The position numbers and the translations under genes are program-made. From Promethearchaeota archaeon (GTDB lineage: Archaea > Asgardarchaeota > Lokiarchaeia > Sigyniarchaeales > SOKP01), in contig JAEOTZ010000042.1 in the NCBI GenBank assembly GCA_016839585.1, positions 24,110-88,109 on the forward strand: DNA of 64,000 nucleotides, in the 5' to 3' direction. Below the pieces are notes generated by a model that was given only the letters and a program-made list of their open reading frames with translations, had not been told where the DNA came from and made no database searches. Below, piece after piece: positions 40,764-50,119 of this stretch (position 1 is the stretch's first letter; each line of letters opens with the position of its first letter).

Positions 40764-41213
40764 TCACCACTCCGTTTCAAATTTTTTGTTTGGTCCAAGT
40801 TTCTTTACATTATTTGTTACTTTTTTAATTAAAGTCGCAAATCTATCACCTTCTGATGCAGAAGACCACATGAAAGTAACTCTATCAGGATCTATCCCGA
40901 AAAGTTTTAATAAATCTTGTAAAATCGCAAAACGTCTTCTTGCAACTAAATTTCCACTAATGTAATGGCAATCACCTGGATGACATCCCGAGACAACAAC
41001 ACCATCCCAGCCTCTTAATAAACTTTTAATTATGAAAAAAGGATTTACTCTTCCTGAACATGGAACCCTTACTATTCTAATATTTGAGGGATATTGGATT
41101 CTACTAACACCTGCTAAATCCGCTCCAGCATAAGAACACCAATTACAGAGAAATGCAATTATTTTTGGCTCCCATTCTTTTTTATCTTCTGATTGTGTTT
41201 TTACTTTACTCGT
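40764..41213 (-). CDS. mvhD: MvhD/FlxD [2Fe-2S] subunit with apparent ACG start (missed by ORF track)
   Basis: Manual translation (M)SKVKTQSEDKKEWEPKIIAFLCNWCSYAGADLAG...RVPCSGRVNP...SGCHPGDCHYISGN...WSSASEG...FETEW*; 150 codons; no canonical start before the conserved N-terminus. Confidence 0.9.
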   Translation of the reverse strand, partial: TSKVKTQSEDKKEWEPKIIAFLCNWCSYAGADLAGVSRIQYPSNIRIVRVPCSGRVNPFFIIKSLLRGWDGVVVSGCHPGDCHYISGNLVARRRFAILQDLLKLFGIDPDRVTFMWSSASEGDRFATLIKKVTNNVKKLGPNKKFETEW

Positions 41214-43213
41214 TAAAGTTCACCCCCCATTATTATTGAAAATATCTGTTCGCCAGTAAAGCCAATGATATCTATTGCTGAACATCTACAATTACCAGAA
41301 CAAGCACCACACCCTTTACATAGAGCTTCATTTATTTTAGCTACTGTACCAAACCATTTATCCTCAACAAGCTCAATAGCCCCATAAGCACAATTTTCAA
41401 CGCACATACCACAACCAATACAACGTTCAGGGCGAACGACAGCAAAAAATGGTTCTATCTCAACTTCACCCTGAGACATTAACACAGCTGCGCTTGAAGC
41501 GGCTCCTTTAGCCTGAGCAACAGCATCAGGAATATCTTTTGGACCTTGCGCAACACCAGCTATAAAGATACCCTCTGTTAAAGTGTCTACTGGTCGCAAT
41601 TTTGGATGGGCTTCTAAAAAAAATCCATCTGCTGATCTTTGTATTCTTAATAGAGAAGTTATTATATCTGCATCTGCTCGAGGCTCTAAACCACAAGATA
41701 AAACAAACAAATTTACTGTTAATTCAATTGGTTGTTGAAGTAAAGTATCTTCAGCTCTTATGATAATATTGTGATCATCATCTTCGATTACCTCTGCTAT
41801 TCTTCCTCTCATAAAATTGATTCCGTAATTTTGCCCTGCAGATTCGTAAAATTCTTCATAACCTTTTCCAAAAGCTCGAATATCCATATAAAAAATATAA
41901 ATATCTGCATCTGGATGCTTTTCCTTATATTGCCTTGCTTGCTTGGTTGCATACATACAGCAAACTCTTGAACAATATTGATTTCCTCCTTCTCTGAAAT
42001 TTCTACTTCCCACACATTGAAGAAAGGCAATGCTATGGGGTTCTTTAAGATCCGAAGGTCTAACAGGCTTTCCTATAACTGGTCCAAAAGAACTTAATAA
42101 ACGCTCCATTTGAAGTCCAGTAATAACATTAGGGTATCTCCCATAGCCATATTGTTTGAGTTCAGTAGGATCATATAAATCCCATCCTGTAGCAACGATT
42201 ATTGTGCCTACCTTAATTTTCAAATATTCTGGTTTATCATCAAAATTAATCGCTTCAGGTTCACATACATCTATTCTTGCACATATTCCGCATTTAATAC
42301 AATTGTCCATATCAATCGTATATTGTCCAGGTATAGCTTGAGGGAATGGAATGTAAATTGCTTTTCTTGTGGCTAATCCGAGTTCAAATTCGTTTCCAAC
42401 GACAACAGGACAATAATCAACACATACTCCGCAACCAGTACATTTCTCTTGATCTACGTAATGTGGTTTTTTTAAAATAGTAACTTCGAAATTTCCTATA
42501 AAACCAGAGACTTCTACTACTTCGGAATAGGTTAAAAGTTCAATATTTTTCTCACGTGAAATCTCAGACATTTTGGGGGTAAGTATACAACTCGAACAAT
42601 CCATAGTTGGGAACGTTTTATCAAGTTGAGCCATATGACCACCTATTGTAGGCGTTTTTTCAATTAAATATACTTTATAACCCTCTGTAGCCAGGTCCAA
42701 TGCAGCATTCATTCCTGCAACTCCTCCTCCTATTATTAAACAAGAGGGTTCTACTTTCACTTTCTGGACTTCTAGTGGTTTTAACTCCCTTGCTTTTGCT
42801 ACAGCCATTCTAATATGGTCTTTAGCGATTTCATATGCTCCTTCTGGATCTCTCATATGAACCCATGTTGAGTGTTCTCTAATATTTGCCATTTCAAATA
42901 AAAATTGGTTCAAACCAGCTTCTTTACAAGTGATTCTAAAAGTAGGTTCATGCATCCTTGGAGAACATGCAGCAACAACAACTCTATTTACCAATCCCGC
43001 TTCAATATCTTCCTTTATAATCTTCTGCCCTACATCAGAACAAAAGAATTTATATTCTTGTGCTACTTCTACGTTTGGAAGTGTTTTTGTATATTCTACC
43101 AAATCTGGAACTGAAACAACACCACCAATGTTGACACCGCAATGACATATATAAACTCCAATTTTAGGTCTTTCATTACCAGTAACTTTTATTTCTTTTT
43201 TAGCTTCTGTCAT
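41213..43213 (-). CDS. hdrA: Heterodisulfide reductase subunit A (Cys form)
   Basis: YICHCG, AACSP, GGGVAG, MAQLDKTFPTMDC, CVGSR..CSRVCC, FLEAHPKLRP, C-terminal ferredoxin. Confidence 0.95.
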   Translation of the reverse strand: MTEAKKEIKVTGNERPKIGVYICHCGVNIGGVVSVPDLVEYTKTLPNVEVAQEYKFFCSDVGQKIIKEDIEAGLVNRVVVAACSPRMHEPTFRITCKEAGLNQFLFEMANIREHSTWVHMRDPEGAYEIAKDHIRMAVAKARELKPLEVQKVKVEPSCLIIGGGVAGMNAALDLATEGYKVYLIEKTPTIGGHMAQLDKTFPTMDCSSCILTPKMSEISREKNIELLTYSEVVEVSGFIGNFEVTILKKPHYVDQEKCTGCGVCVDYCPVVVGNEFELGLATRKAIYIPFPQAIPGQYTIDMDNCIKCGICARIDVCEPEAINFDDKPEYLKIKVGTIIVATGWDLYDPTELKQYGYGRYPNVITGLQMERLLSSFGPVIGKPVRPSDLKEPHSIAFLQCVGSRNFREGGNQYCSRVCCMYATKQARQYKEKHPDADIYIFYMDIRAFGKGYEEFYESAGQNYGINFMRGRIAEVIEDDDHNIIIRAEDTLLQQPIELTVNLFVLSCGLEPRADADIITSLLRIQRSADGFFLEAHPKLRPVDTLTEGIFIAGVAQGPKDIPDAVAQAKGAASSAAVLMSQGEVEIEPFFAVVRPERCIGCGMCVENCAYGAIELVEDKWFGTVAKINEALCKGCGACSGNCRCSAIDIIGFTGEQIFSIIMGGEL

Positions 43214-43223
43214 ATAATTCCTC

Positions 43224-44174
43224 CTAAATTAATTGTTCTTTAACTATATTTAAGAACGGATCTATAGAAATAAAAGGAGAAACACCTTGTAACTCATGAT
43301 TTTTAATTAATCCTAATAAATTAGGATCCATTCCGAAGGCTACTCCCAGGAGTTGAGTAATATATATTACAGGAATATGAAATGGTTCTCCAATTACATC
43401 TCCATAAAAATTATTTACCTCAACCTGCCCTAGGTCCAATTGAAGGTGGCAGAAAGGACAGCAGTTAATAATAATATCTACGCCTGCATCTCTCATATTC
43501 ACTAATTTCTCCCGTGTAAAATCGGCTGCAACCTCTTTAACAGCAGTTCTAACAGCTCCACCAGCCCCACAACACATATATTTATCTTTGTAATCAATAC
43601 TTTTTGCCCCTGTTATCTCAACAATTTCATCAAGAAATCTAGGAGCCTCATATTCACCATTCCAAGGTCTTTTTTCACTTGGTTTTACAATATGGCAACC
43701 ATAATGTACGGCTACCTTTAAATCTGAGAATTTAAGTTTGATAAAATCCTTTAAATAGTCCAATCCCATATCAAGATAAAAAGCTTGAATAACATGCTTT
43801 GGTTCGAAATTACCTTTATATGTACGTCCAATTTTAGCAAGATATTCATTAACTTCTTTTTTTTTATCATAATCATGTTCAAGCTCATACCAAGCATCTC
43901 TAAGAGTTCCATAACATCCATTACAACCAGTAATTGGACTTACTCCTAGTTCTTCCGCAATAGAAATATTTCTTGCAGCAATTACAAACCAAGTTGGTAT
44001 ATGAAAAGCTCTAAATACACCAGGGGCAGGACAACATGAAGCACCGGGTAAATCTAAAAGCTCGGCACCAAGATAATCGAAAACATTTCTAATCGAGGCT
44101 TCAATCATTGGATAACGATTAGGTATTACACATCCCAAAAAAAAACCATATCTCCATTTGTAATCTTCACTCAT
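43224..44174 (-). CDS. hdrB: Heterodisulfide reductase subunit B
   Basis: FLGCVIPNRYP, SCCPAPG, CNGCYG, HYGCH, CCGAGG, CPFCHLQLD. Confidence 0.95.
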   Translation of the reverse strand: MSEDYKWRYGFFLGCVIPNRYPMIEASIRNVFDYLGAELLDLPGASCCPAPGVFRAFHIPTWFVIAARNISIAEELGVSPITGCNGCYGTLRDAWYELEHDYDKKKEVNEYLAKIGRTYKGNFEPKHVIQAFYLDMGLDYLKDFIKLKFSDLKVAVHYGCHIVKPSEKRPWNGEYEAPRFLDEIVEITGAKSIDYKDKYMCCGAGGAVRTAVKEVAADFTREKLVNMRDAGVDIIINCCPFCHLQLDLGQVEVNNFYGDVIGEPFHIPVIYITQLLGVAFGMDPNLLGLIKNHELQGVSPFISIDPFLNIVKEQLI

Positions 44175-44176
44175 AT

Positions 44177-44779
44177 TTATTCCTCCTTATCTTTTTTCGC
44201 TGCTTGTGCTCTTTCTTCTTTCAATTTTGCTGCATTATCCAGTAATTTTCTAAATCCAACAGCATTCATCAATTCTTGGCATTCTTTTACAGCTTCAGGA
44301 TAAGAATGGACAGTTGGTGGTAATGGTGGCAACCCATAGGATTCCCTTAAATCCCTCCATTTTTTATTATTTTCACCAGTTGCAGGTACACCATGTCCTG
44401 TAGCATAAAAAATATCATTAGCTAATCCAAAATGAGAATCTAAAATATAACCTTCTTCCACCGCAATATTTCTAAGTTTGATTATCATATCAGTGACAGG
44501 AATATCTCTAGGACAGCGCTCATAGCAATAATAACAAGTTGAACATAACCATATATCAATATCTTTTAGTACAGATTCATCTCCAGTTAAAGCTCTTCTA
44601 ATAGCAGAACGTGTTCGATAAGCAGTTCTTCTGCCAGAAGGACAACTACCAGTACAAGTACCACAATTAATACATGCCCTAATCTTTTCTAATCCTGCAT
44701 CAACAAATTTTTGAGCAATCCTAGAACTCGTAGATTTGTATACTTTTCTTTTAATATACTTTTCCACATTTTCACTCAT
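44177..44779 (-). CDS. hdrC: Heterodisulfide reductase subunit C
   Basis: CINCGTCTGSCPSGRRT, WLCSTCYYCYERCPR. Confidence 0.93.
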   Translation of the reverse strand: MSENVEKYIKRKVYKSTSSRIAQKFVDAGLEKIRACINCGTCTGSCPSGRRTAYRTRSAIRRALTGDESVLKDIDIWLCSTCYYCYERCPRDIPVTDMIIKLRNIAVEEGYILDSHFGLANDIFYATGHGVPATGENNKKWRDLRESYGLPPLPPTVHSYPEAVKECQELMNAVGFRKLLDNAAKLKEERAQAAKKDKEE

Positions 44780-44858
44780 ATTTAATTCAAATCACTTAAA
44801 TAATTTTAAACTTGATTTGCATTTTTGTAAAAAAAGTCTAAGCTTTACTTTTTTAACA

Positions 44859-44872
44859 TGTTTGATCAAACA
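44859..44872. promoter_or_regulatory. Perfect 14-bp palindrome upstream of the hdrCBA-flx operon
   Basis: TGTTTGATCAAACA, about 80 bp upstream of hdrC. Confidence 0.5.
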
Positions 44873-45020
44873 GTTTTAATTAACAATCTTAAGAAGTGAA
44901 AAGTACTTTTATTAAAAAAATTTGTTATCGATATTTAATAACCAAATTCATTGTATTAGTTATTTCTTATATCTAATAATTTTATAAGAAAATTGGATTG
45001 GGATTCAAAAATTATTATCC

Positions 45021-45251
45021 TCAATTATAAATCCTATACATTTCTTCTAAATATTTGATTTGCTTTTTCTCAGATAAAAAAGCAAGTTCTTTTATTATAG
45101 ATTTCTTCTTTTTTTCAGAAACATTTAAATTCTTCAATTTTTCTCGAATATCTTTTTGCAAAACTGAATAGATTCTTTTCCAATAAGCTTTAACTTCTTT
45201 AATTTCTTCAAAATCTTCATTACTTATATCATCACTAATTTTTAACACCAA
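45021..45251 (-). CDS. Small helical hypothetical protein
   Basis: 76-aa ORF with protein-like charged composition; start uncertain (TTG/GTG). Confidence 0.5.
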   Translation of the reverse strand: MVLKISDDISNEDFEEIKEVKAYWKRIYSVLQKDIREKLKNLNVSEKKKKSIIKELAFLSEKKQIKYLEEMYRIYN

Positions 45252-45434
45252 ATTTTTTCAAATTTATTTGTGAGATTTAATAAAAGAATAACAGATTTTT
45301 TTAATAAAAAAATTGGAGTCCAATCCTTCATAATTAAAAGTCTCAGAAAATTGAAAATTTCATTAGAAATATTAATTATCTCTTCACGATATTAAAAATT
45401 AGAATTTATTAATGTTATGACTAATATAATTTCT

Positions 45435-46145
45435 CTACAAATTTTGTCCTATTCCATAATAAATCAATAAACCAGCAGGTACAACTACTAAGGAGAGAAA
45501 AGTCCAAATCCTTTTAAATAAAAGTTCCTCCCAGGTATTATAAAGAAGTAAACCATAATAGGCAAAAAATATTATAATAATACCCAGAATAAAATATCGT
45601 AATTTTCTTTTCAAATTTTTATCTTCAAATCTTTTATACAATTTCACTGAAAGTAAAATAGTGGGCACAACAACATAAAATGCTGTTAGAAAACATAATG
45701 CGATAAAAAAATTCCAACTCCATTTAGGTACCCATTCTGTTTGTTCACTAATTGTAATACCTCCAGGAAAAAAAAGCACAAAAAGAATTAATGTGCCATA
45801 TGAGACAATAATAAGCCAATTTTGTTTTGAAAAAAAATTTGCTTCTAATTTAAGAAGATTTTTAATAAAAATTACTAAAAAAATAGCTCCAAAAATAATT
45901 AGAAAAGCAGCAATAATATAAATGATATGTCCTATTAGATACGAGCTAAGAGGTAAAAAAATAACATTTAAGATAAAACCAATCCCCGTAAAAATGTAAA
46001 AAACACTTAAAGTGAGTGTAGTTGGATTAAAGTTTCTTTTCAAGACTTTAAATGCTAAATAAAAGAAGAAACCAGATACAAATAATTGTGTAATCAAGAT
46101 AAGAGAAAACCTAGACAAATCTATGTCTGGTGCTTGCAATATCAA
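45435..46145 (-). CDS. Stand-alone seven-TM membrane protein (HisKA_7TM-like sensor without kinase)
   Basis: Seven hydrophobic segments, basic loop KRFEDKNLKRKLR before TM6, no cytoplasmic output domain; GAGGA RBS + TTG. Confidence 0.72.
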   Translation of the reverse strand: MILQAPDIDLSRFSLILITQLFVSGFFFYLAFKVLKRNFNPTTLTLSVFYIFTGIGFILNVIFLPLSSYLIGHIIYIIAAFLIIFGAIFLVIFIKNLLKLEANFFSKQNWLIIVSYGTLILFVLFFPGGITISEQTEWVPKWSWNFFIALCFLTAFYVVVPTILLSVKLYKRFEDKNLKRKLRYFILGIIIIFFAYYGLLLYNTWEELLFKRIWTFLSLVVVPAGLLIYYGIGQNL

Positions 46146-46309
46146 TTGTTCCTCATTTTATAAAATTCAATTCTAATTTAATTAATTATGATTGTATTAA
46201 TGTTAAATAACATGAATTTAACTTATATAAAATATCTATTGTAATATTAATATATAAATACTTTCTTAAGGGAATAATAATAATTTTAAATTCCTAATTT
46301 AATATCCTT

Positions 46310-47230
46310 TTAAATCTCCTTAGTAATCTTATTAGATTTCTTAATATTTCGTAGAAAGTTGAATTTAATTGGTTTCATCCGGAAATAATCATAACCAATA
46401 ACTATTGGTGCTAAAACCATCTTTTTCGTTTTTAATATCCCTGAAAAAATAACTTCAAAAGCAAGATAAGAAGCTGTTATCCTTACGATTGGAGCAAGTG
46501 ATACGAGGGCTATTTCTCCCGAAATCATTCCTTCTATTGTATTTTGAATCCTATTATATGTCTCCTTTATTCCAGGAAATTGCATTAATCTAATTAACAC
46601 CCTTTCTTTAAAATTCAATAATGATTTATGTGTCTTTTTAATTTCTTTAATCGGAATTCCTTGGGTGTTAAAATTATAGCATGTTTCATAATCTATACTT
46701 TCTGAAGTAAACCACCAAGCCCAAAGATAAGGGATTCCCCATGATTCTATCATAGGAATTTTCTTTTCTACACATGCCCTTGAAATAATAATAGATGCAA
46801 TAGGATCATCTAAAGTTAGAATAGCAATAGCAGGTTTTTCTAACATCTCAAATATGTTACTTTCATTAATTTCATAATATTTTTGAATCTTAATTTCGGG
46901 ATTAATTTTTTTAAGGTAATTTTTAGTAATATCAACTTTAAGCTTTCCTATATCTTCTCTAGTACATATTTGCCTATTCAAATTTGATTCTTGGAATATA
47001 TCATCATCACAGATTATTATTCTCTCACATCCAGATCTAACAAGCTGTTCTGCCAAAGGACCCCCAAGGCCACCAATGCCAAATATAATAATAGTTGTAT
47101 TACGTATTTTTTCTTGCTCTGAGAAATTTATAAGACCTATATTTCTTTTTATAAGACCATTGTAAGTTTTAGACCAATTTATATTATTTTCAAATTCAGA
47201 CAAATTAATCTCACTTTTATTTATATCCAA
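46310..47230 (-). CDS. ThiF/HesA/MoeB-family adenylyltransferase (E1-like) without CxxC zinc site
   Basis: RNIGL..EQEKI, GIGGLG, DDDIFQESNLNRQ, GKLKV, INPEI. Confidence 0.85.
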   Translation of the reverse strand: MDINKSEINLSEFENNINWSKTYNGLIKRNIGLINFSEQEKIRNTTIIIFGIGGLGGPLAEQLVRSGCERIIICDDDIFQESNLNRQICTREDIGKLKVDITKNYLKKINPEIKIQKYYEINESNIFEMLEKPAIAILTLDDPIASIIISRACVEKKIPMIESWGIPYLWAWWFTSESIDYETCYNFNTQGIPIKEIKKTHKSLLNFKERVLIRLMQFPGIKETYNRIQNTIEGMISGEIALVSLAPIVRITASYLAFEVIFSGILKTKKMVLAPIVIGYDYFRMKPIKFNFLRNIKKSNKITKEI

Positions 47231-47317
47231 TGTTATTAGATCTACATAAATATTAATAGTCTAAAATTAATTTTTATCAATATAATATTAAAACAAAAAT
47301 AAACTTAGTAGACTAAT

Positions 47318-48361
47318 CTAAGTCTTAAATTCTAAAATTAAATGAGTTCTACCTTTTGATCCACCAAGAACTTTAGCAACTCCTGTATTAGCTATATTAT
47401 CACTCGGAATTGGTCCAGAACCATATATTACTTTTTTTTTAAAAAGTTGTAGAGAAGTTGCACCATACATTAACATAGTTATTCCTTTCCTTCGATGTTT
47501 GGGATCAACTACCCAAGTATAAATAACGCACGAATCATAATTTCCTTTGGTATCTTTTCTAAAGGGATTAGGTAAATATGAACCACACGCTATAATTTCT
47601 TCAGTTGGAATGTATCTAACAAAAAATAACATACAATTATGCCCATATTCAAAGATATATCTAATATAATTATCAACAACTCCAACGACATCTGGAGTAA
47701 TTCTAGAAGATGGAGGTAAATTTTCAGTATGAAGCCTTAAGAAATCAGTTTTTAATTTTAAAAATTCATTAAAATCATTTGGATTGAAATATTCATAGTC
47801 GCTAAAATCATACTGTTTCATTTTCCATGGATTAATTCTAGGTAAAGGGCTCCCTTCCCATGTTATATCTTCATGTTTAATTAAAAATCCCTTTTTTAGA
47901 AATAACTTTTGATATATCGGAGGATTTACAGGTTTACAAGCATATAAATTGTTTAAACTTCCTGCTTTCATAAATCCCCATCCGTAAATAATTACAGGTA
48001 TATTTATAGGTCCTAAAATGAATTTAAAATTATTATCTCTTGCATAATCGATAATTAAATCAATTAAAAATAGGATTTTATCTGTTTCATTATTGATAAC
48101 TCCAAAATATCCGAAATATAAAGTTTCATGTCCATCATCAAAAATTAAAGAATTTCCAATTAGATTTCCATCTTCATATAAAAGAAATGATTTAGCTTGA
48201 TAATATTCTAAATCATTTAAAATATATTTATCGAATTCTGACCAAATCGGAATATTTATACCGATTTGTAAGTATTTTAAAATCTCCTTCGGATTATTTA
48301 GAATATTATGAGTTAATTCATATCTTAAAACATTTCTGTCATAATATTTAATAAAATTCAA
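47318..48361 (-). CDS. Tandem-GNAT acyltransferase, YghO/bacterial ceramide synthase-like motif set
   Basis: YFGYFG, ILGPIN, GF, NPPIYQKLF..KGF..ED; C-terminal acyl-CoA motif VDPKHRRKG. Confidence 0.65.
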   Translation of the reverse strand: MNFIKYYDRNVLRYELTHNILNNPKEILKYLQIGINIPIWSEFDKYILNDLEYYQAKSFLLYEDGNLIGNSLIFDDGHETLYFGYFGVINNETDKILFLIDLIIDYARDNNFKFILGPINIPVIIYGWGFMKAGSLNNLYACKPVNPPIYQKLFLKKGFLIKHEDITWEGSPLPRINPWKMKQYDFSDYEYFNPNDFNEFLKLKTDFLRLHTENLPPSSRITPDVVGVVDNYIRYIFEYGHNCMLFFVRYIPTEEIIACGSYLPNPFRKDTKGNYDSCVIYTWVVDPKHRRKGITMLMYGATSLQLFKKKVIYGSGPIPSDNIANTGVAKVLGGSKGRTHLILEFKT

Positions 48362-48467
48362 CCTCTATTTTAAATTATATCTGAGTTATGATTTCCTTTA
48401 ATTACACATATGTTATATTTATACATTATTTAAAAGATATTATTAGAAGTTTAATTCTCTTAGGATA

Positions 48468-49682
48468 TTAAGAAAAAGAAATTTTTAAATTTTGAAGAAG
48501 TTCTATAGTCTCTGGTATTAATTTTATATTTACATCAATATTTCCTTTAAAAAGATTAAAAACCACACGATCTTCAAAAACCTTTTTTTTCTTATTATAG
48601 TCCCAACTAAAAATATAACCTCTTGGTTTCAAACCAGCATCAAAGAAAATTTTTTGTTGGATACAATTATATGGAGAAACATAGCACTCAAAATAGCGAA
48701 TATCTAATTTTTTCATTAAATACTTTACTTCTTGGAGAAAAGTATATAATTCTTCTGAATACTTAACTTTATATTTAGTTTTTTCAAATGATTGAATATA
48801 TGAGTTATAGAGAAATTTAAAATACGAAGTAGTATTTTTGATCGAAAAAGTTATAATTTTATTACCATATTTATCTTTTTCTGTTCTTTTAATTATCCCT
48901 TTTTTTATATTGGCCAATTTTTTCTTATTATAATTCAACTTAGGGTTTGCTACTTTAGGTGAACCTAGTCTAAATCTATTATTAGAATATACATAACTAC
49001 CTAGGATCTGACGAATTATCTTAGGTTTTTCCTTGCTGCGATATTTATGTAAAGCTTCTTCAGTATAAATAACATGCAAAACTTCTGATTCGATTTTATT
49101 TAAAAAAATATCTTTATTAGGTAAAAAAGCAATAGGTTTTAATCCATAGGACGAAGTTATAAACTGTGGAGAAGTGTCATTTGTACGAATCTCTCCATAC
49201 CACAATAATATTTTATCTTTATATTTATTACACACAAATAATAGGCAACCGACAAAAGTTTTTAGAGTATCAACAATTTTTTGATATTTTTTTTTTAATA
49301 CAAATCCAAAAAGAAGACCTCTTTTCTTTTCTAATTCTAATTGAACCCCAAAACATCCAATAGCTTCATTTGAACTTACTTTAAATAAGAACCAATGAAA
49401 ATTTGGACTTCTTATCATATTTTCAACTTCTTGGGCATCTTCCATTTGTTTATAAGGATAAGTTCCTTTATATACTTCTTTAAATAGATTTGAGATATTC
49501 TCAGCATTTTCTGATTTTGCTAAATGAATAATGGGGCTAATTTTCTGATTTTGATAATTGATATTTAATTCAAAATCAAGTTGTAATATCTTTTGAAAGT
49601 CAAGAGGTGTACTTTCATGAAAACTATCTAACAAATCGTTAACACTAATGACTGGTTTAACACTTAATTTATTCAAAAGCAT
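48468..49682 (-). CDS. Divergent duplicated GNAT-fold protein
   Basis: LFKEVYKGTYPY, FVLKKKYQ, GLKPIAFLP and a repeated GLKPRGYI. Confidence 0.6.
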   Translation of the reverse strand: MLLNKLSVKPVISVNDLLDSFHESTPLDFQKILQLDFELNINYQNQKISPIIHLAKSENAENISNLFKEVYKGTYPYKQMEDAQEVENMIRSPNFHWFLFKVSSNEAIGCFGVQLELEKKRGLLFGFVLKKKYQKIVDTLKTFVGCLLFVCNKYKDKILLWYGEIRTNDTSPQFITSSYGLKPIAFLPNKDIFLNKIESEVLHVIYTEEALHKYRSKEKPKIIRQILGSYVYSNNRFRLGSPKVANPKLNYNKKKLANIKKGIIKRTEKDKYGNKIITFSIKNTTSYFKFLYNSYIQSFEKTKYKVKYSEELYTFLQEVKYLMKKLDIRYFECYVSPYNCIQQKIFFDAGLKPRGYIFSWDYNKKKKVFEDRVVFNLFKGNIDVNIKLIPETIELLQNLKISFS

Positions 49683-49726
49683 TTTTATTTACTTCTTTAC
49701 ATTAAGAATTTCATCATTTTTAAAAA

Positions 49727-50119
49727 TCAAAAAAATGGACCATGTTTTATATAAGTTTGGATTAAAGTATTGCGTAAAAATTGAAGTTTAGTATTAGATG
49801 GATTTAACTGCCCCGCTTTTTCAATTGTTCTTTTTGCTAGATCTAGATCTCCTTGATCAACATAAGTGATAGTAAGTAAACCCCATGCTTCTTCCTTTGA
49901 TCCATTAAGTTTCGTTGTTGTTTTAAAACATTCAATAGCTTTTTTTAGATTTCCTATACGACGATTTGCAATACCGAGAAGAAGGCAAGCTTCAACATTA
50001 GAAGGATCTTTTGATATAATTTTATTTAAAATTTTAACTGCTTTGATATTTTTTCTCTCATCTAAATATTCTGTAGCTTTATCAATTTGTTTTTCTAGTG
50101 TAATTTTATTAAGTTGCAT
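49727..50119 (-). CDS. Tetratricopeptide repeat protein
   Basis: About three TPR units (A..LLG...G..KKA..CF; AWGLL...Y...G...A....A..LNP). Confidence 0.85.
   Translation of the reverse strand: MQLNKITLEKQIDKATEYLDERKNIKAVKILNKIISKDPSNVEACLLLGIANRRIGNLKKAIECFKTTTKLNGSKEEAWGLLTITYVDQGDLDLAKRTIEKAGQLNPSNTKLQFLRNTLIQTYIKHGPFF

Noticed and set aside
41213-41225. prfB-like +1 frameshift at CTT TAA C
   Set aside because: The +1 frame reads TTT AAC GAG TAA and stops; MvhD is in the -1 frame, and a slip on the G-run meets TGA at once
32872-44779. Selenocysteine recoding or SECIS in hdrA, mvhD and fwdB, as known for some Lokiarchaeia genes
   Set aside because: All the relevant motifs are Cys codons and no ORF is broken by TGA at a conserved Cys position; no SECIS recognised by eye
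44995-45326. Imperfect inverted repeats (GGATTGG core) flanking the 76-aa ORF, suggesting a MITE
   Set aside because: Only 11 of 14 bases match, no target-site duplication or transposase
46310-47230. Ubiquitin/SAMP E1, or MccB-type RiPP maturase with precursor peptide
   Set aside because: No CxxC zinc motifs, no adjacent Gly-Gly-ending protein and no convincing short precursor ORF
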